The notes: generated from the letters alone by a model not told the origin. A stretch of 64,000 bases of DNA from an uncultured Methanosarcinales archaeon (GCA_964535955.1 CAZHVK010000004.1:6222-70221), one strand, 5' to 3'. Shown: positions 1 to 10,460, counted from the stretch's first letter. A program made the numbers and translations.

Positions 1-152
1 TTTAACAATATTCATGAATATACCTCTTTTTTGATTATTTAAGTAATTTTAATGATATTATATATATAAATGTTTTGTATAATACCAAATATCCAAAAAT
101 CACAAAAAACACACCATTACATTTAAATACAACTATAACACAATATATCAAT

Positions 153-2123
153 ATGTCAAACAAATACTATATAACAACTGCAATTGATTATCCAAATGCA
201 GCTCCGCATATGGGCCATGCATTTGAGAAATACATAGCAGATGCTTTAGCTAGGTGGAAAAGATTCTTAGGTAGAAAAGTATTCTTTTTAACAGGCACTG
301 ATGAAAATACACAACATATGCAAAAAGCAGCACAAAAAGCAAAAAGAGACACAAAAGAGTTTGTTGATGAAAATGCAAAGGTTTTCATAGACTTTTGTAA
401 AAAACTTAACATAACAAATGACAATTTTATAAAAACTTCAAATCCTCAGCACAAAAAAGTTTGTCAATCAGTGTTTAAGATAGTATTTAACAAAGGCGAA
501 ATATATAAAGGTCATTATGAAGGGTTTTTTTGCGACAGATGCAACACATATTTGACAAAAAAAGATTTAATAGATGAAAACCTTTGCCCAACACACAAGA
601 TACCTGTGCAAGTATTAACAGAACCAGCATATTTTTTCCAAATGTCAAAATATCAAAAAGATTTAATCAAATTTCTTAAACAAAACAAAGATTATATTTA
701 TCCAGAATTTCGGAGGAACGAGATCTTATCTAGACTCAATGATGGTCTAAGAGATTTATGTGTATCAAGATCAACCATTGATTGGGGAATTACCTTACCA
801 AATGATCCAGAGCATGTAATTTATGTATGGTTTGATGCATTGATAAATTATTTATCAGGAATTGATTATCCTAATGATACATACAAAAAATTTTGGCCAG
901 CAGATGTGCATGTGATTGGTAAAGACATTTCTTGGTTTCATACAGTTATCTGGCCCATCATGTTGATTGCAGCTGGCATTAAGCCAGCAAAACAAGTTTA
1001 TGTTCATGGTTTTATTAATGACGCAAATGGAGAAAAAATGTCTAAGACAAAGGGTAATGTAATAGATCCAGTCAAAATAATCAACAAGTACAATGCAGAT
1101 ACACTAAGATATTATTTATTAAGATCAATTCCAGCAGGACAAGATGGGAATTTTAATGAACAAGATTTAGTGCAAAGGTATAACACAGAACTAGGCAATG
1201 AATTAGGCAACTTAGTAATGAGAATCACAGCTTTGATTAAAAAGAGTTTCAACTTATTAATACCAAAAGCAGATTCAGATGAACTATTTAATACAAAAGA
1301 AATATTAGACCAATTAGATAAGTATATGGACAAATTCGAATTTAACAATGCAATTGATCTGATCTGGAAACTAATAAAAGTAACAAACAAATACATTAAT
1401 GACAAAGAACCATGGAAGATTGTAGACAAACTAGAACTTAGTAAAGTAATTTATACAATCACAGATTCATTAAGATTGATTCATATGCTGTTATATCCAT
1501 TTTTACCAGAAACAGCATTAAAAATAAGACAACAATTAAAATTTCATGAACCTAAGCTACAGAATTTTAAATGGAACTTACTTTCTACAGAGATCATATT
1601 AGAAGCAAAACCTTTGTTTCCAAAGATGGAGTACAAGGAAGATCTCGGTAAAAGGGTTTTTCCACTCTTTTTAAAAGTAGGCAAGATATTAGAAGTGCAG
1701 GACCATCCAGGCGCAGACAAACTTTATGTATTAAAAGTGCAGACAGACAAAGAGATAACACTTGTAGCAGGTATCAAACAATGGTATACAAAAGAACAAT
1801 TACTCGGCAAGAACTTAATAGTAGTTTCTAATCTAAAGCCAGCAAAACTTCGTGGTGTTAAATCAGAAGGCATGTTATTAGCAGCTTTAGAAGATGAGGA
1901 TGGGAAATCAGGCGAAGTTATCACAACAGATGCTAAGGCAGGGTCTGTTGTAGAAATCCCTGGCTATGAAAACAAGAAATCAAGACTTGATTACAAAGAT
2001 TTCCAAAAGATAAAGCTAAATATCAAAGACAACAAACTTTACTATAACAACAAGATTCAGTTAAAGATAGGTAAAAAAGAGATATATACTGAAAAGATAA
2101 AAGATAGTAATCTAGTGGAATGA
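153..2123 (+). CDS. metG: Methionyl-tRNA synthetase with C-terminal tRNA-binding (Trbp111/OB) domain
   Basis: YITTAIDYPN, HMGH, YVWFDAL and KMSKT motifs, Zn-knuckle CxxC, C-terminal HPGADKLY/NLKPAKLRG. Start moved to ATG 153, downstream of the TTTAAATA box at 122. Confidence 0.96.
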   Translation: MSNKYYITTAIDYPNAAPHMGHAFEKYIADALARWKRFLGRKVFFLTGTDENTQHMQKAAQKAKRDTKEFVDENAKVFIDFCKKLNITNDNFIKTSNPQHKKVCQSVFKIVFNKGEIYKGHYEGFFCDRCNTYLTKKDLIDENLCPTHKIPVQVLTEPAYFFQMSKYQKDLIKFLKQNKDYIYPEFRRNEILSRLNDGLRDLCVSRSTIDWGITLPNDPEHVIYVWFDALINYLSGIDYPNDTYKKFWPADVHVIGKDISWFHTVIWPIMLIAAGIKPAKQVYVHGFINDANGEKMSKTKGNVIDPVKIINKYNADTLRYYLLRSIPAGQDGNFNEQDLVQRYNTELGNELGNLVMRITALIKKSFNLLIPKADSDELFNTKEILDQLDKYMDKFEFNNAIDLIWKLIKVTNKYINDKEPWKIVDKLELSKVIYTITDSLRLIHMLLYPFLPETALKIRQQLKFHEPKLQNFKWNLLSTEIILEAKPLFPKMEYKEDLGKRVFPLFLKVGKILEVQDHPGADKLYVLKVQTDKEITLVAGIKQWYTKEQLLGKNLIVVSNLKPAKLRGVKSEGMLLAALEDEDGKSGEVITTDAKAGSVVEIPGYENKKSRLDYKDFQKIKLNIKDNKLYYNNKIQLKIGKKEIYTEKIKDSNLVE

Positions 2124-2214
2124 TTCTTAACAAACAATATATTTTAAAACATATATATCTTAAATACTCCAAAACCCAAACCTTTAAATTAATATAACAA
2201 ATATCTATTAAATA

Positions 2215-2487
2215 ATGAAAAAAACCAAGATAACAACCAAAATAAGGAACAAAATCAAAATAAAGCAAAAAACATTGATCAAATACGGAGCATTTCTTAT
2301 AATCATTAGTTTTTTTTTAACAGCTGTTAGTATTTTTTCAGTAGCTGAAAACCCGACATCACTTGATAGCTGGCTAAAAGGATTATTATTCTATAGCCTA
2401 GGCTGGGCATTATTATTAACAGGTGGTTTTATAACAGGCAAGTATAGTTTTAAATATTTGAATAAATATATGAATAATAAGAGGTGA
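2215..2487 (+). CDS. Small membrane protein, 2 TM
   Basis: Basic N-terminus, two hydrophobic segments, upstream TTTAAAT box. Confidence 0.6.
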   Translation: MKKTKITTKIRNKIKIKQKTLIKYGAFLIIISFFLTAVSIFSVAENPTSLDSWLKGLLFYSLGWALLLTGGFITGKYSFKYLNKYMNNKR

Positions 2488-2494
2488 AATTAAT

Positions 2495-3184
2495 ATGAAC
2501 CATATAAAAAACATTTTCAATAAAAAAATAGATGATTGGACACATAACAAATTCATAAGGTATAGTCTTGGTGAATTTACAAAAGAATTATTTGTTATAA
2601 AAATTACAGGCAAAAACATAACAGTGCAATCAGGTGCTGAGTATCTTGATTCTATGTGGGATTTGTTTTCTAAGTTAATCAAGTCAGATGTTGAGCTAAA
2701 AGGTGTGATTGTTTCTAAAGCAGATATTGTAAAGGATTTAGAAGATTTTGGAATAGAAATAAAGAAAAAAGTTGGTAAAAAATATACAATTGAGACAAAA
2801 CTAGATGCAAAGAAATTCAAAGAGTTCATTGAAAAGTTTAATCAATATGCTTTATTATTAAAACTAAAGTCAGATGTTTATATATTGAATGTTAAGAAAT
2901 CTTTGCCAAAACCAGGCAAAGTTTTAGAAAAGTTCTTAACTGCAAAATTTGCTAAGGATGATCTAAAGTTTTTAACAGATGAATTTTTATTTGATACTAA
3001 AGTTGATAAATTTAAGAAAGTTGAAATTAAGCATACTTATGTGATTGAAAACATAGATGTACCAAAACAATATGAAAATGATCCTGCAATGGCTCGTTTA
3101 AAAGCAATCAGAATAGGAAAAATTATTAGAGAAATTAATCTCGATGGAAAAATTACAAAATCTGAAATACAAATGAAAGTTTAG
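2495..3184 (+). CDS. Hypothetical protein
   Basis: 229 aa ORF with GAGGTGA RBS; no motif recognised. Confidence 0.75.
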   Translation: MNHIKNIFNKKIDDWTHNKFIRYSLGEFTKELFVIKITGKNITVQSGAEYLDSMWDLFSKLIKSDVELKGVIVSKADIVKDLEDFGIEIKKKVGKKYTIETKLDAKKFKEFIEKFNQYALLLKLKSDVYILNVKKSLPKPGKVLEKFLTAKFAKDDLKFLTDEFLFDTKVDKFKKVEIKHTYVIENIDVPKQYENDPAMARLKAIRIGKIIREINLDGKITKSEIQMKV

Positions 3185-3232
3185 AGCAATAACTCTCTTT
3201 TTAACTCGTAATATTTACAGAATATGTTATAT

Positions 3233-3382
3233 TTATCCAGCTTCTTCCCAGCCCTGCATAAATGCAGCTTCTACAGGGGTAATCTCATCATTATCCAACA
3301 TTTCTTGGACATTATCAAGGAAATCTTCTGTTTTATCTTTACTAATATCTAATTCTATTTCTTTTACAATATCAAATACCAT
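3233..3382 (-). CDS. Small acidic protein, 49 aa (not in ORF track)
   Basis: Translated by hand: MVFDIVKEIELDISKDKTEDFLDNVQEMLDNDEITPVEAAFMQGWEEAG*, with a GGGGTGG RBS. Confidence 0.7.
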   Translation of the reverse strand: MVFDIVKEIELDISKDKTEDFLDNVQEMLDNDEITPVEAAFMQGWEEAG

Positions 3383-3517
3383 ATATCCACCCCCAAACTA
3401 TACTAATTAGTAATACAAACATTTAAATATATATACTTTCTCCATATAGTATATATGCATTATATTGTTACTGAGGAGTATATGTCATTTTTATTTATAA
3501 ATATTTGTAAAATCTTG

Positions 3518-3631
3518 GTTGGTGCAACCCGCCAATTTGGCAAGTGAACCAATATTAAATTCGTAAGAAGATAGTAGGTGCCTCAATAATGTTCGCATCA
3601 AATGAGGCAGGTGAACGAGGGTTGCACTAAC
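3518..3631 (+). ncRNA. Putative structured RNA motif, copy A (divergent)
   Basis: Closing stem GTTGGTGCAACCC/GGGTTGCACTAAC, hairpin GCCA-ATT-TGGC, AGTGA, hairpin TGCCTCA/TGAGGCA, GAACGA. Same layout as copies B-D. Confidence 0.6.
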
Positions 3632-3656
3632 GCAGTAAAATCTGGGGGGATTGAAT

Positions 3657-4604
3657 ATGGTAGAATTTAGAAAATTAATTGCATTTGGAAAATCATCTTA
3701 TGTAATCAGTTTACCTAAAAAATGGATAGAGAGGAATAAGTTGGACAAGGGTGATACAATCTTTATCGAGGAGAAATCACACTCACTTACATTAAGAACA
3801 AAACAAGAAGAATCAGATGAATCAAAAAAAGAGATTACAATAAATGTAGACAATGTTCCTCTTGATTATATTAAAAGAAAGATTGTTAGTTCATACATAA
3901 ATAATTACAAGAGCATTAAGATTACAGGAAAGACACTAAAAGATAAATACAGTAAAATAAGGGATTATCTTCACGATCTAATGGCTTTAGAAATTCTTGA
4001 ACAAAGTGCTGATGTAATTGTTGCAAAGGATTTTATTAATATGAATCAAGTTTCTTTGTTAGGTTTTATCAGGAAGATAGACAATATTACAAGATTTATG
4101 ATGAATGATTCAAAAACATCTATTATAGACAATAAATATGAAAATATTTATGAAAGAGATAAAGATGTTAATAGAATTGGTTTCTTAATATATAGGACAA
4201 TTAAATTTGCTTTGATTAATCCTTCTATGTGCAAAAAACTAAATGTTGAACCAGTTGATTTATTATATTATTGGGTCATAACAAAGCAGATAGAATTTAT
4301 AGCTGATGAATGCAAAAGAATTGCAAGAGTTATGAGAGATATTCACATAAATAAACAGTTAAAAGATGAAATAATCAAGATTTATGAACAAATCCAGAAA
4401 TTTTATGCAGATATAATGAAGGCATATTATACAAAGAATGAAGAAGAAGCTTATAAGATTGCTGCTAAAAAGAATGGAATTTTAAAAATAGTTGATGATT
4501 TTAATAAAAAATATCAAAATAAGAAGAATATTCCTGTTTTATGCGATAAATTCAAGAATTTGATTGCTAATATACATATAGCAGGAAGAATGATTTACAC
4601 ATAA
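3657..4604 (+). CDS. PhoU-family regulator with N-terminal AbrB-like domain
   Basis: RKLIAFGKSSYVISLPKKW N-terminus; PhoU-like helical repeats (DKDVNR, IEFIADEC). Confidence 0.85.
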   Translation: MVEFRKLIAFGKSSYVISLPKKWIERNKLDKGDTIFIEEKSHSLTLRTKQEESDESKKEITINVDNVPLDYIKRKIVSSYINNYKSIKITGKTLKDKYSKIRDYLHDLMALEILEQSADVIVAKDFINMNQVSLLGFIRKIDNITRFMMNDSKTSIIDNKYENIYERDKDVNRIGFLIYRTIKFALINPSMCKKLNVEPVDLLYYWVITKQIEFIADECKRIARVMRDIHINKQLKDEIIKIYEQIQKFYADIMKAYYTKNEEEAYKIAAKKNGILKIVDDFNKKYQNKKNIPVLCDKFKNLIANIHIAGRMIYT

Positions 4605-4769
4605 ATAGAGAATAAAGATTATAATCTTCACTTTAAAATAGTGAAAAAAACCATATCTTTATATATTAGTGTGCGTATTCTATATATGAATTAGGGGTAT
4701 AAGTAGTTGGGAGTATGTTTTAAAGAATAATTGATATAGAAAACATACCTCTGCATAATACTTAAAAAA

Positions 4770-6875
4770 ATGCAACAAGTTAAACAATTTCAATATTCAG
4801 AAGGGCTTGAAGGAATCATTCAAGGTAGTGGATTAAATGATACCATGTCTATTAATTATTATTTATCTCTTTTATTTAAAGGTATTATTAGATTACCATC
4901 AGATACAATAGATACTGTAGAATTTGTAGATACAACTTCTGGTGTTTCTTATGAAACATATATTACTTCTGGCGGACCTGTTAAACAGATTACAGTAAAT
5001 GTTGATGGTGTTCCTTATTTTAGTATTAAGATGTATGTGGTTGATTATGAGACAGTTCATACTACAGATAAAAATTTAGAACACAAAATTAACAAGACTC
5101 TTGGTGATATTGTTAAAGGTAATTCACATCAACAAATGAAAGACTTAGCATCTTCATTTAGAGCAACAACAGAAAATATTGAAAATGAACTTGATTTAGC
5201 TTATAGAGAAACAGCAACTTATCTAAATAGTAATGATGAAGATGTAATTCCTCTTTTAGGTTATGAACTTAATAGAAGAGCAAAAATATATGACACAAAT
5301 AATGGCTCATATGAATCAAAAACTGCATTTTTTGAAATCTTTCCTTATATCTATAAAACAGATTATAAATTAGATTCTATAATGGTTTTCTATGATGAGA
5401 CTATTAAAGAGATAAGTGAAAGAATAAAAACATATGAGCAAGAATATCTTCAAAAGAACGATCAAATAATAAAATTAGTTTTAGATTTTATTAAAGATAA
5501 TGAAGGAATATATGATCATCCAGATTGGATAGCCTTTTCAGATAAAGTACGTAAACAAAAAGGTTTTGATTTTTTAAGTGATGGAGAAATTGGTCTTATT
5601 GCAGAGTTTGTAAAAAAGATATATAGGTTTGAGAATGAAGAATTTGATGAACTTTTAAGAACTAATAATTTTGAAAGATTAAAAAATACAGATAAAGAAA
5701 AAGATTATCATGTAAACCCAATCTCTTTCAAATATGAGGAATATAAAGATAAATTATTAATAGCAAAAAAAAAGAGAAAAGATATTATTGATACAATTCC
5801 TAAACGTGTTGCATCTTTCCAAAAAAAATGGACAGATAATAAAAATAAGATAGAAGATGATCTTAACAATTTCAAAAAAGAATCAATACATATTCTTTCC
5901 AGGTTGATTACATTAAGTAATGATGAAGAAAACGAATTATATGAAGAAAATAAATTATCTTTGACTAATTTTAAAAAACGTAACGCGACTCATGTTGGAA
6001 GGATTTGTAGATATGTTAAATATATTGTTGGTTGGATGATAAAAGACCAATTTTGGGATAATCTTCATAGTTCATATAAATCCCCTCAAGTTAACAATTT
6101 CACACTTTCTAAAAATTTAAGAAAAAAGTTATTACATACAGATAATTTAGTAAAAAGTGTTAAGAAAACTTTGATGGATAGAAAAAATACTGTTGTATCT
6201 CATGAAGATCTAAGACCGCACCATATCTTTGTTCAAACCCAGGCAAAACAATATCAACAGGAACTTACTAAAAAAATTACTGTTTTTGACTTAAATAGTG
6301 TTGAAGAACAAAGAATTGGTCGTGATATTGTTGAAATATTAACAAGCACTTTTATTGATTTAAGTTATAATAAGACAGATGAGCAACTGGAAAAATATTT
6401 AAAAAGATTCTATCTAGGTAAAAAAAGTGACTTATTGACAGAAGATGTAAAGAATAAATATATGAGATCATTTTATTGGTTAAGATTTGTTTCAAGACTT
6501 GGAAAAGCAGGAATTACAGCAAACACAAGAATGAAAAATGTAAAAAATATTTACAGACCAGAAGTTATTAGGGATCCTGATTTAGGTGCTGATTATGATA
6601 GACTTGTTGATATCAATCCTTATCATGACCCAGATTATTTTATAAATTATCAGCTTACTAAATTAGAAGAAGATATTGAAACTGTACTAAATTCTTCAAC
6701 AAGGCCTTCTTATTTCAAAGGAAGATATGGTGATATCTCTGCAATAAGAGAATTTAAAAATATACTCTCTAATATCCGTTTTAAATATAAAGGACATAAC
6801 AATGCTCTTAATTTTTTTAAAAGAAAAGAATCAAAAAAATCTTCTCTTGCAAGTTTAATTAAATATAATTTATAA
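4770..6875 (+). CDS. Large protein with C-terminal APH/choline-kinase-like phosphotransferase motifs
   Basis: SHEDLRPHHIF (HxD catalytic-loop-like) followed by ITVFDL. Confidence 0.5.
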   Translation: MQQVKQFQYSEGLEGIIQGSGLNDTMSINYYLSLLFKGIIRLPSDTIDTVEFVDTTSGVSYETYITSGGPVKQITVNVDGVPYFSIKMYVVDYETVHTTDKNLEHKINKTLGDIVKGNSHQQMKDLASSFRATTENIENELDLAYRETATYLNSNDEDVIPLLGYELNRRAKIYDTNNGSYESKTAFFEIFPYIYKTDYKLDSIMVFYDETIKEISERIKTYEQEYLQKNDQIIKLVLDFIKDNEGIYDHPDWIAFSDKVRKQKGFDFLSDGEIGLIAEFVKKIYRFENEEFDELLRTNNFERLKNTDKEKDYHVNPISFKYEEYKDKLLIAKKKRKDIIDTIPKRVASFQKKWTDNKNKIEDDLNNFKKESIHILSRLITLSNDEENELYEENKLSLTNFKKRNATHVGRICRYVKYIVGWMIKDQFWDNLHSSYKSPQVNNFTLSKNLRKKLLHTDNLVKSVKKTLMDRKNTVVSHEDLRPHHIFVQTQAKQYQQELTKKITVFDLNSVEEQRIGRDIVEILTSTFIDLSYNKTDEQLEKYLKRFYLGKKSDLLTEDVKNKYMRSFYWLRFVSRLGKAGITANTRMKNVKNIYRPEVIRDPDLGADYDRLVDINPYHDPDYFINYQLTKLEEDIETVLNSSTRPSYFKGRYGDISAIREFKNILSNIRFKYKGHNNALNFFKRKESKKSSLASLIKYNL

Positions 6876-6877
6876 AA

Positions 6878-7993
6878 ATGACTAACTTAGAAAAACCCTA
6901 TGATTGCCATGTACATTCTAGCAATAGTGATGGTGAGAAAACTATAGGTAAGATTGCTTCTGAAGCTTATAAAGCTGGCCTTGGAGGATTTATGCTGACA
7001 GATCATGAAACAATTGCTGGTGTTAAAGGATATCTAGGAATTAAAGATTCATTTCCTGTTCCTATGATTGGTGGTCTTGAAGCTGCAACACACATGATGA
7101 TTAAAGGGCATAGAATCACTTTTGAGATTAAAGCAGCTTTTTTTAATCCTAATAATCGTGATTTAGAAGATCTTTTATTATTTCTTCGTTATCATAGAAT
7201 TGTTAGAATAAATGAGATGGTTGATCTTGTTAATAAAGAATGCTGCGATGTTTCTAAAGGACAAAAACCAATAATCTTTAACGAACTTTTATCATCTGAC
7301 CAATGGGCAAAATATTTTAGATGCAGATACAATTTTGAAAGATTTTTTGAATCACAAAAAAGAAGTTTAATTAAGAAATTTAATGGTGAAGAAATATTTC
7401 TTAATTATTTACCACTTGCATCCTTGTTTTCAGTTGGAAGAAACCATCTTGCAAAAAAAATGGTAAAACATGGATTTGTTACAAATACTGATCAAGCTTT
7501 TAAATCTTTATTAAATCCTATTTATCAAGGAGAGGACCATAATTGCTTTACAGATAGATACACAAAACATGTGGAGTATACTACAAACATTATTAGAAAT
7601 GCAGGTGGATTATGTGGCCCTTGTCATCCAGGCACAATACATAAACAATATGAAAGAATAGGAATAACACTTGATGATATTTATTCTGCTTTTTTGCCTT
7701 ATTTTGAAGAGGGAGTTTTTACATTTATTGAGTCTGAATATGAATATTGTGAGACAAATAAACTAGGCATAACTCCAAAAGAAAAAAAAATGTATAATGA
7801 TTATTGGAAACAAAAATGCAAATATCATGGTTGGCTTGAATGTAATGGTAGTGACACTCATGGAAAAAAAAATGGAGTTAAAATAGGAAGATATCATACT
7901 CCTTATGAAACTATTGTAAGACTCAAAGAAATAGCATCAGGACAACATAAATCAAAAAAAGAAGAAAAAATAAGTTTAAATAATCAAAATTAA
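6878..7993 (+). CDS. PHP-domain phosphoesterase (TrpH/YciV-like)
   Basis: DCHVHSSNSDG, LTDHET, GRNHLA, CHP and GSDTHG motifs. Confidence 0.9.
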   Translation: MTNLEKPYDCHVHSSNSDGEKTIGKIASEAYKAGLGGFMLTDHETIAGVKGYLGIKDSFPVPMIGGLEAATHMMIKGHRITFEIKAAFFNPNNRDLEDLLLFLRYHRIVRINEMVDLVNKECCDVSKGQKPIIFNELLSSDQWAKYFRCRYNFERFFESQKRSLIKKFNGEEIFLNYLPLASLFSVGRNHLAKKMVKHGFVTNTDQAFKSLLNPIYQGEDHNCFTDRYTKHVEYTTNIIRNAGGLCGPCHPGTIHKQYERIGITLDDIYSAFLPYFEEGVFTFIESEYEYCETNKLGITPKEKKMYNDYWKQKCKYHGWLECNGSDTHGKKNGVKIGRYHTPYETIVRLKEIASGQHKSKKEEKISLNNQN

Positions 7994-8154
7994 AGAATAA
8001 AAAATAGAAATAAAGAAATAAAAATAACAAAAAAATAATTCTGAAAAACAAAAAGAAAATAATTAAAAACTAAAATAAATAAAAAACAAAAAAAGAAATA
8101 AAAATAAAATAAAAATTTTAAATAACTTTTAAAAAACTTAAAGATCTTTTGTCA

Positions 8155-8217
8155 TCAACGGTTACGCCCGTTGACATCAACATTAAGTACTATTACTCAT
8201 TTCATTCGCAATAGTAC
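8155..8217. repeat. Two adjacent palindromic hairpins downstream of the histone-fold gene
   Basis: TCAACGG/CCGTTGA (8155-8174) and GTACTATT/AATAGTAC (8187-8217). Confidence 0.6.
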
Positions 8218-8229
8218 GAATCACTTTTC

Positions 8230-8391
8230 TTACAAATCTTTTGCCATAACTGTTCTTCTACTATTACCTTCTGCTCTTTTACAAGCTGCTTTTAACATTT
8301 CTTCGCATTTCATGTTTAGAGCCATAGCAACATCACTTGAAACATTAAATCCTTTGCATGCGTCTTTAATTTTTGCTTTTACAATTAACAT
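8230..8391 (-). CDS. Small histone-fold protein, 53 aa (not in ORF track)
   Basis: MLIVKAKIKDACKGFNVSSDVAMALNMKCEEMLKAACKRAEGNSRRTVMAKDL*; histone-fold RxTVxxxD ending; GAGGTGA RBS. Confidence 0.88.
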   Translation of the reverse strand: MLIVKAKIKDACKGFNVSSDVAMALNMKCEEMLKAACKRAEGNSRRTVMAKDL

Positions 8392-8533
8392 CTATATCAC
8401 CTCTCATAGACTTTAACTATGTTTTTTTGTTTTATATAAACTAAATTAAAAAAAATCGAACTAATATATAAAGCTTTTCAACAAAGTATTTAAATTCAGG
8501 CTTGTGAGGCTTTGAGAGTGACGAATTCCATGC

Positions 8534-10228
8534 TCACTTATGAGTAAACCAGAACTTTATTTTTTGTTCTTTATCAGAAATTTCATCTAGCCTACAAAAA
8601 CCAAACCTTTCAAACTGAATAACATTATCAACAGATAAATCACGAATTCCTTGTTCAGCTATGCCATTAACAACAGAAGTATCAGGCATAAAAATCTCAA
8701 CATCAACATGCTCATAATTCTTAGGCAGCCAGTGTATGATCACACCTTTATTCTTAGCATCTTTAAAATCATGATGGTCAGTTGAAACAAATTCAAACCC
8801 ATCACCTTTCTTTATAAAATTAATACAATCCATTAACCTGTGCACCTTTCCAGGAACCAATCTATCATAATCTTGAGAAGAAATCAAAAACTCATAACCA
8901 GTTAAAAAATCACGACAACCTCGTTCTTTAAAACTAGGATGCAGACACATCTCAACATTTTGTTCAGGAGCATTTCTAATAATAATTTCTTTAGGATTAT
9001 AAATAAAAAAATATCTATTAGCAGACCTATCAAGCAATCTACGGTTAAACACACTAAGATCATCAAATGTTAACTCACTCTCAGTTTTATTTATGCCTGT
9101 GGACAAAACAAAGTCCCATATAGCTTTTGGTTGATAACCACGGCGACGTAGAGCAGCCAATGTTGTAAGTCTAGGATCATCCCAACCCATAAATTCACCA
9201 TCCTCAATACCTTGTCTAATTTTTCTTCCTGATGATGGCACACCTTTTAGATTAAACCTTGCAGCTTCATATGTTTTAGTAATTTTTAATCCTAATTTTT
9301 CCTGAATCCATCTTTGCAGTTCTGTCCTCATCTCAAATTCTTTTGTCCTTATTCTAATATCTATCTGTGAATATGAATCCATTATAGCACTTTGAAAATC
9401 ATAATTAGGCCACACCCTGTACTTTCTGCCTAGCCTAGGATGTTCTTTATCAATTATTCTAAAGATGATAGGATCTCTCATTGTAGAATTCTTATGACTA
9501 AGATCAATCTTAAATCTAAGAACTGCTTTTCCCTCATTATAGGTGGAAAATGTTTTCCAAAACTGAAGATTTTCATCAACACCTCTATCACGACATTTGC
9601 AAGGTTCTGATTTCATCCTATTTTCTTTTATTTTTTCTTGTTCACAAAAACACATATATGCTAAACCATTTTTAATCACTTGTTCTGCTTTTTTATAAAA
9701 CATCTCCATATGATCAGATGCATAGATCAGTTTATCCCATGACGCACCTAACCATTTATAATCATAAAGCATCATATCATAAAACTTTTTTATAACAGTA
9801 GCAGGATTGGTATCTTCAAACCTAAGAATAAATTTACCTTTATGTTTTTTAGCAAGTTCATAATTAACAGCCAGTGACTTTGCATGTCCAAGATGTGTAT
9901 ATTTTTCAGGCCCAGGTGGAAATCCAGTTGTTAAAGGACCTTCTGGTAAATTCAAAAACTCGAATATGTCTCTTTCTTTTTTCTCCTTCTTAACTAACAT
10001 TTCAGGTGCAATCTCTTGTAATTTAGCAATCTGATTATCAGGTTTCATAGAATTAACAGTTTTAACAATCCTATTAACTTCTTTACCAATCTCCTTCATC
10101 TGCTTCTTAAGTTCAGTATGATCACCAAGAAGTTTGCCAATTATAGCTCCAGGACTGGCTTTTCCTTTGAACTTGACAGCATTTTGTAATGCGAATTTCA
10201 ATATTAATTCTTCTATCTCTTTTTTCAT
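8534..10228 (-). CDS. gltX: Glutamyl-tRNA synthetase (archaeal type)
   Basis: HLGH, LRFEDTNP, WDDPRLTTL and QFERFGFCRLD motifs. Start at MKKEIEEL after a GGTG RBS. Confidence 0.95.
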   Translation of the reverse strand: MKKEIEELILKFALQNAVKFKGKASPGAIIGKLLGDHTELKKQMKEIGKEVNRIVKTVNSMKPDNQIAKLQEIAPEMLVKKEKKERDIFEFLNLPEGPLTTGFPPGPEKYTHLGHAKSLAVNYELAKKHKGKFILRFEDTNPATVIKKFYDMMLYDYKWLGASWDKLIYASDHMEMFYKKAEQVIKNGLAYMCFCEQEKIKENRMKSEPCKCRDRGVDENLQFWKTFSTYNEGKAVLRFKIDLSHKNSTMRDPIIFRIIDKEHPRLGRKYRVWPNYDFQSAIMDSYSQIDIRIRTKEFEMRTELQRWIQEKLGLKITKTYEAARFNLKGVPSSGRKIRQGIEDGEFMGWDDPRLTTLAALRRRGYQPKAIWDFVLSTGINKTESELTFDDLSVFNRRLLDRSANRYFFIYNPKEIIIRNAPEQNVEMCLHPSFKERGCRDFLTGYEFLISSQDYDRLVPGKVHRLMDCINFIKKGDGFEFVSTDHHDFKDAKNKGVIIHWLPKNYEHVDVEIFMPDTSVVNGIAEQGIRDLSVDNVIQFERFGFCRLDEISDKEQKIKFWFTHK

Positions 10229-10292
10229 TACAACACCTTTTTTTATGATATTAAGAACAAAGAACCCTTTATATATAAATATTGCTACGGGA

Positions 10293-10460
10293 AGTATGTG
10301 CATGGCGTCCGTCATAAATGCAGAGCATTTATGATCGTGCTCAGAAATGTTCCATTTCTGACATGTAAGACAAGTGAGCACCCCTCTGATTGTCAAAGGA
10401 TCAGGACTTTCCATACAAAACTATTGCACTTGGAAAGTGCGAACGAGCCATGCACATGCT
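10293..10460 (+). ncRNA. Putative structured RNA motif, copy B (carries 54 bp insert at 10310-10363)
   Basis: Closing stem AGTATGTGCATGGC/GCCATGCACATGCT; AGTGAGCAC...GTGCGAACGA; hairpin ACTTTCCA/TGGAAAGT. Confidence 0.7.

Noticed and set aside
3518..3631. tRNA, SRP RNA or RNase P RNA identity for the GC-richer intergenic elements
   Set aside because: No cloverleaf with a TTCGA T-loop, no SRP helix-8 motif and no RNase P GAGGAAAGUCC core; multiple dispersed copies.
7994..8137. A-rich low-complexity tract
   Set aside because: Consistent with a T-rich terminator zone between convergent genes; no defined repeat unit.
8171..8416. 81 aa + strand ORF
   Set aside because: Antisense shadow of the histone-fold gene on the minus strand.
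10229..10414. 62 aa N-terminal extension of GltX in the ORF track
   Set aside because: It reads through the promoter and RNA copy B. The RBS and homology start at ATG 10228.
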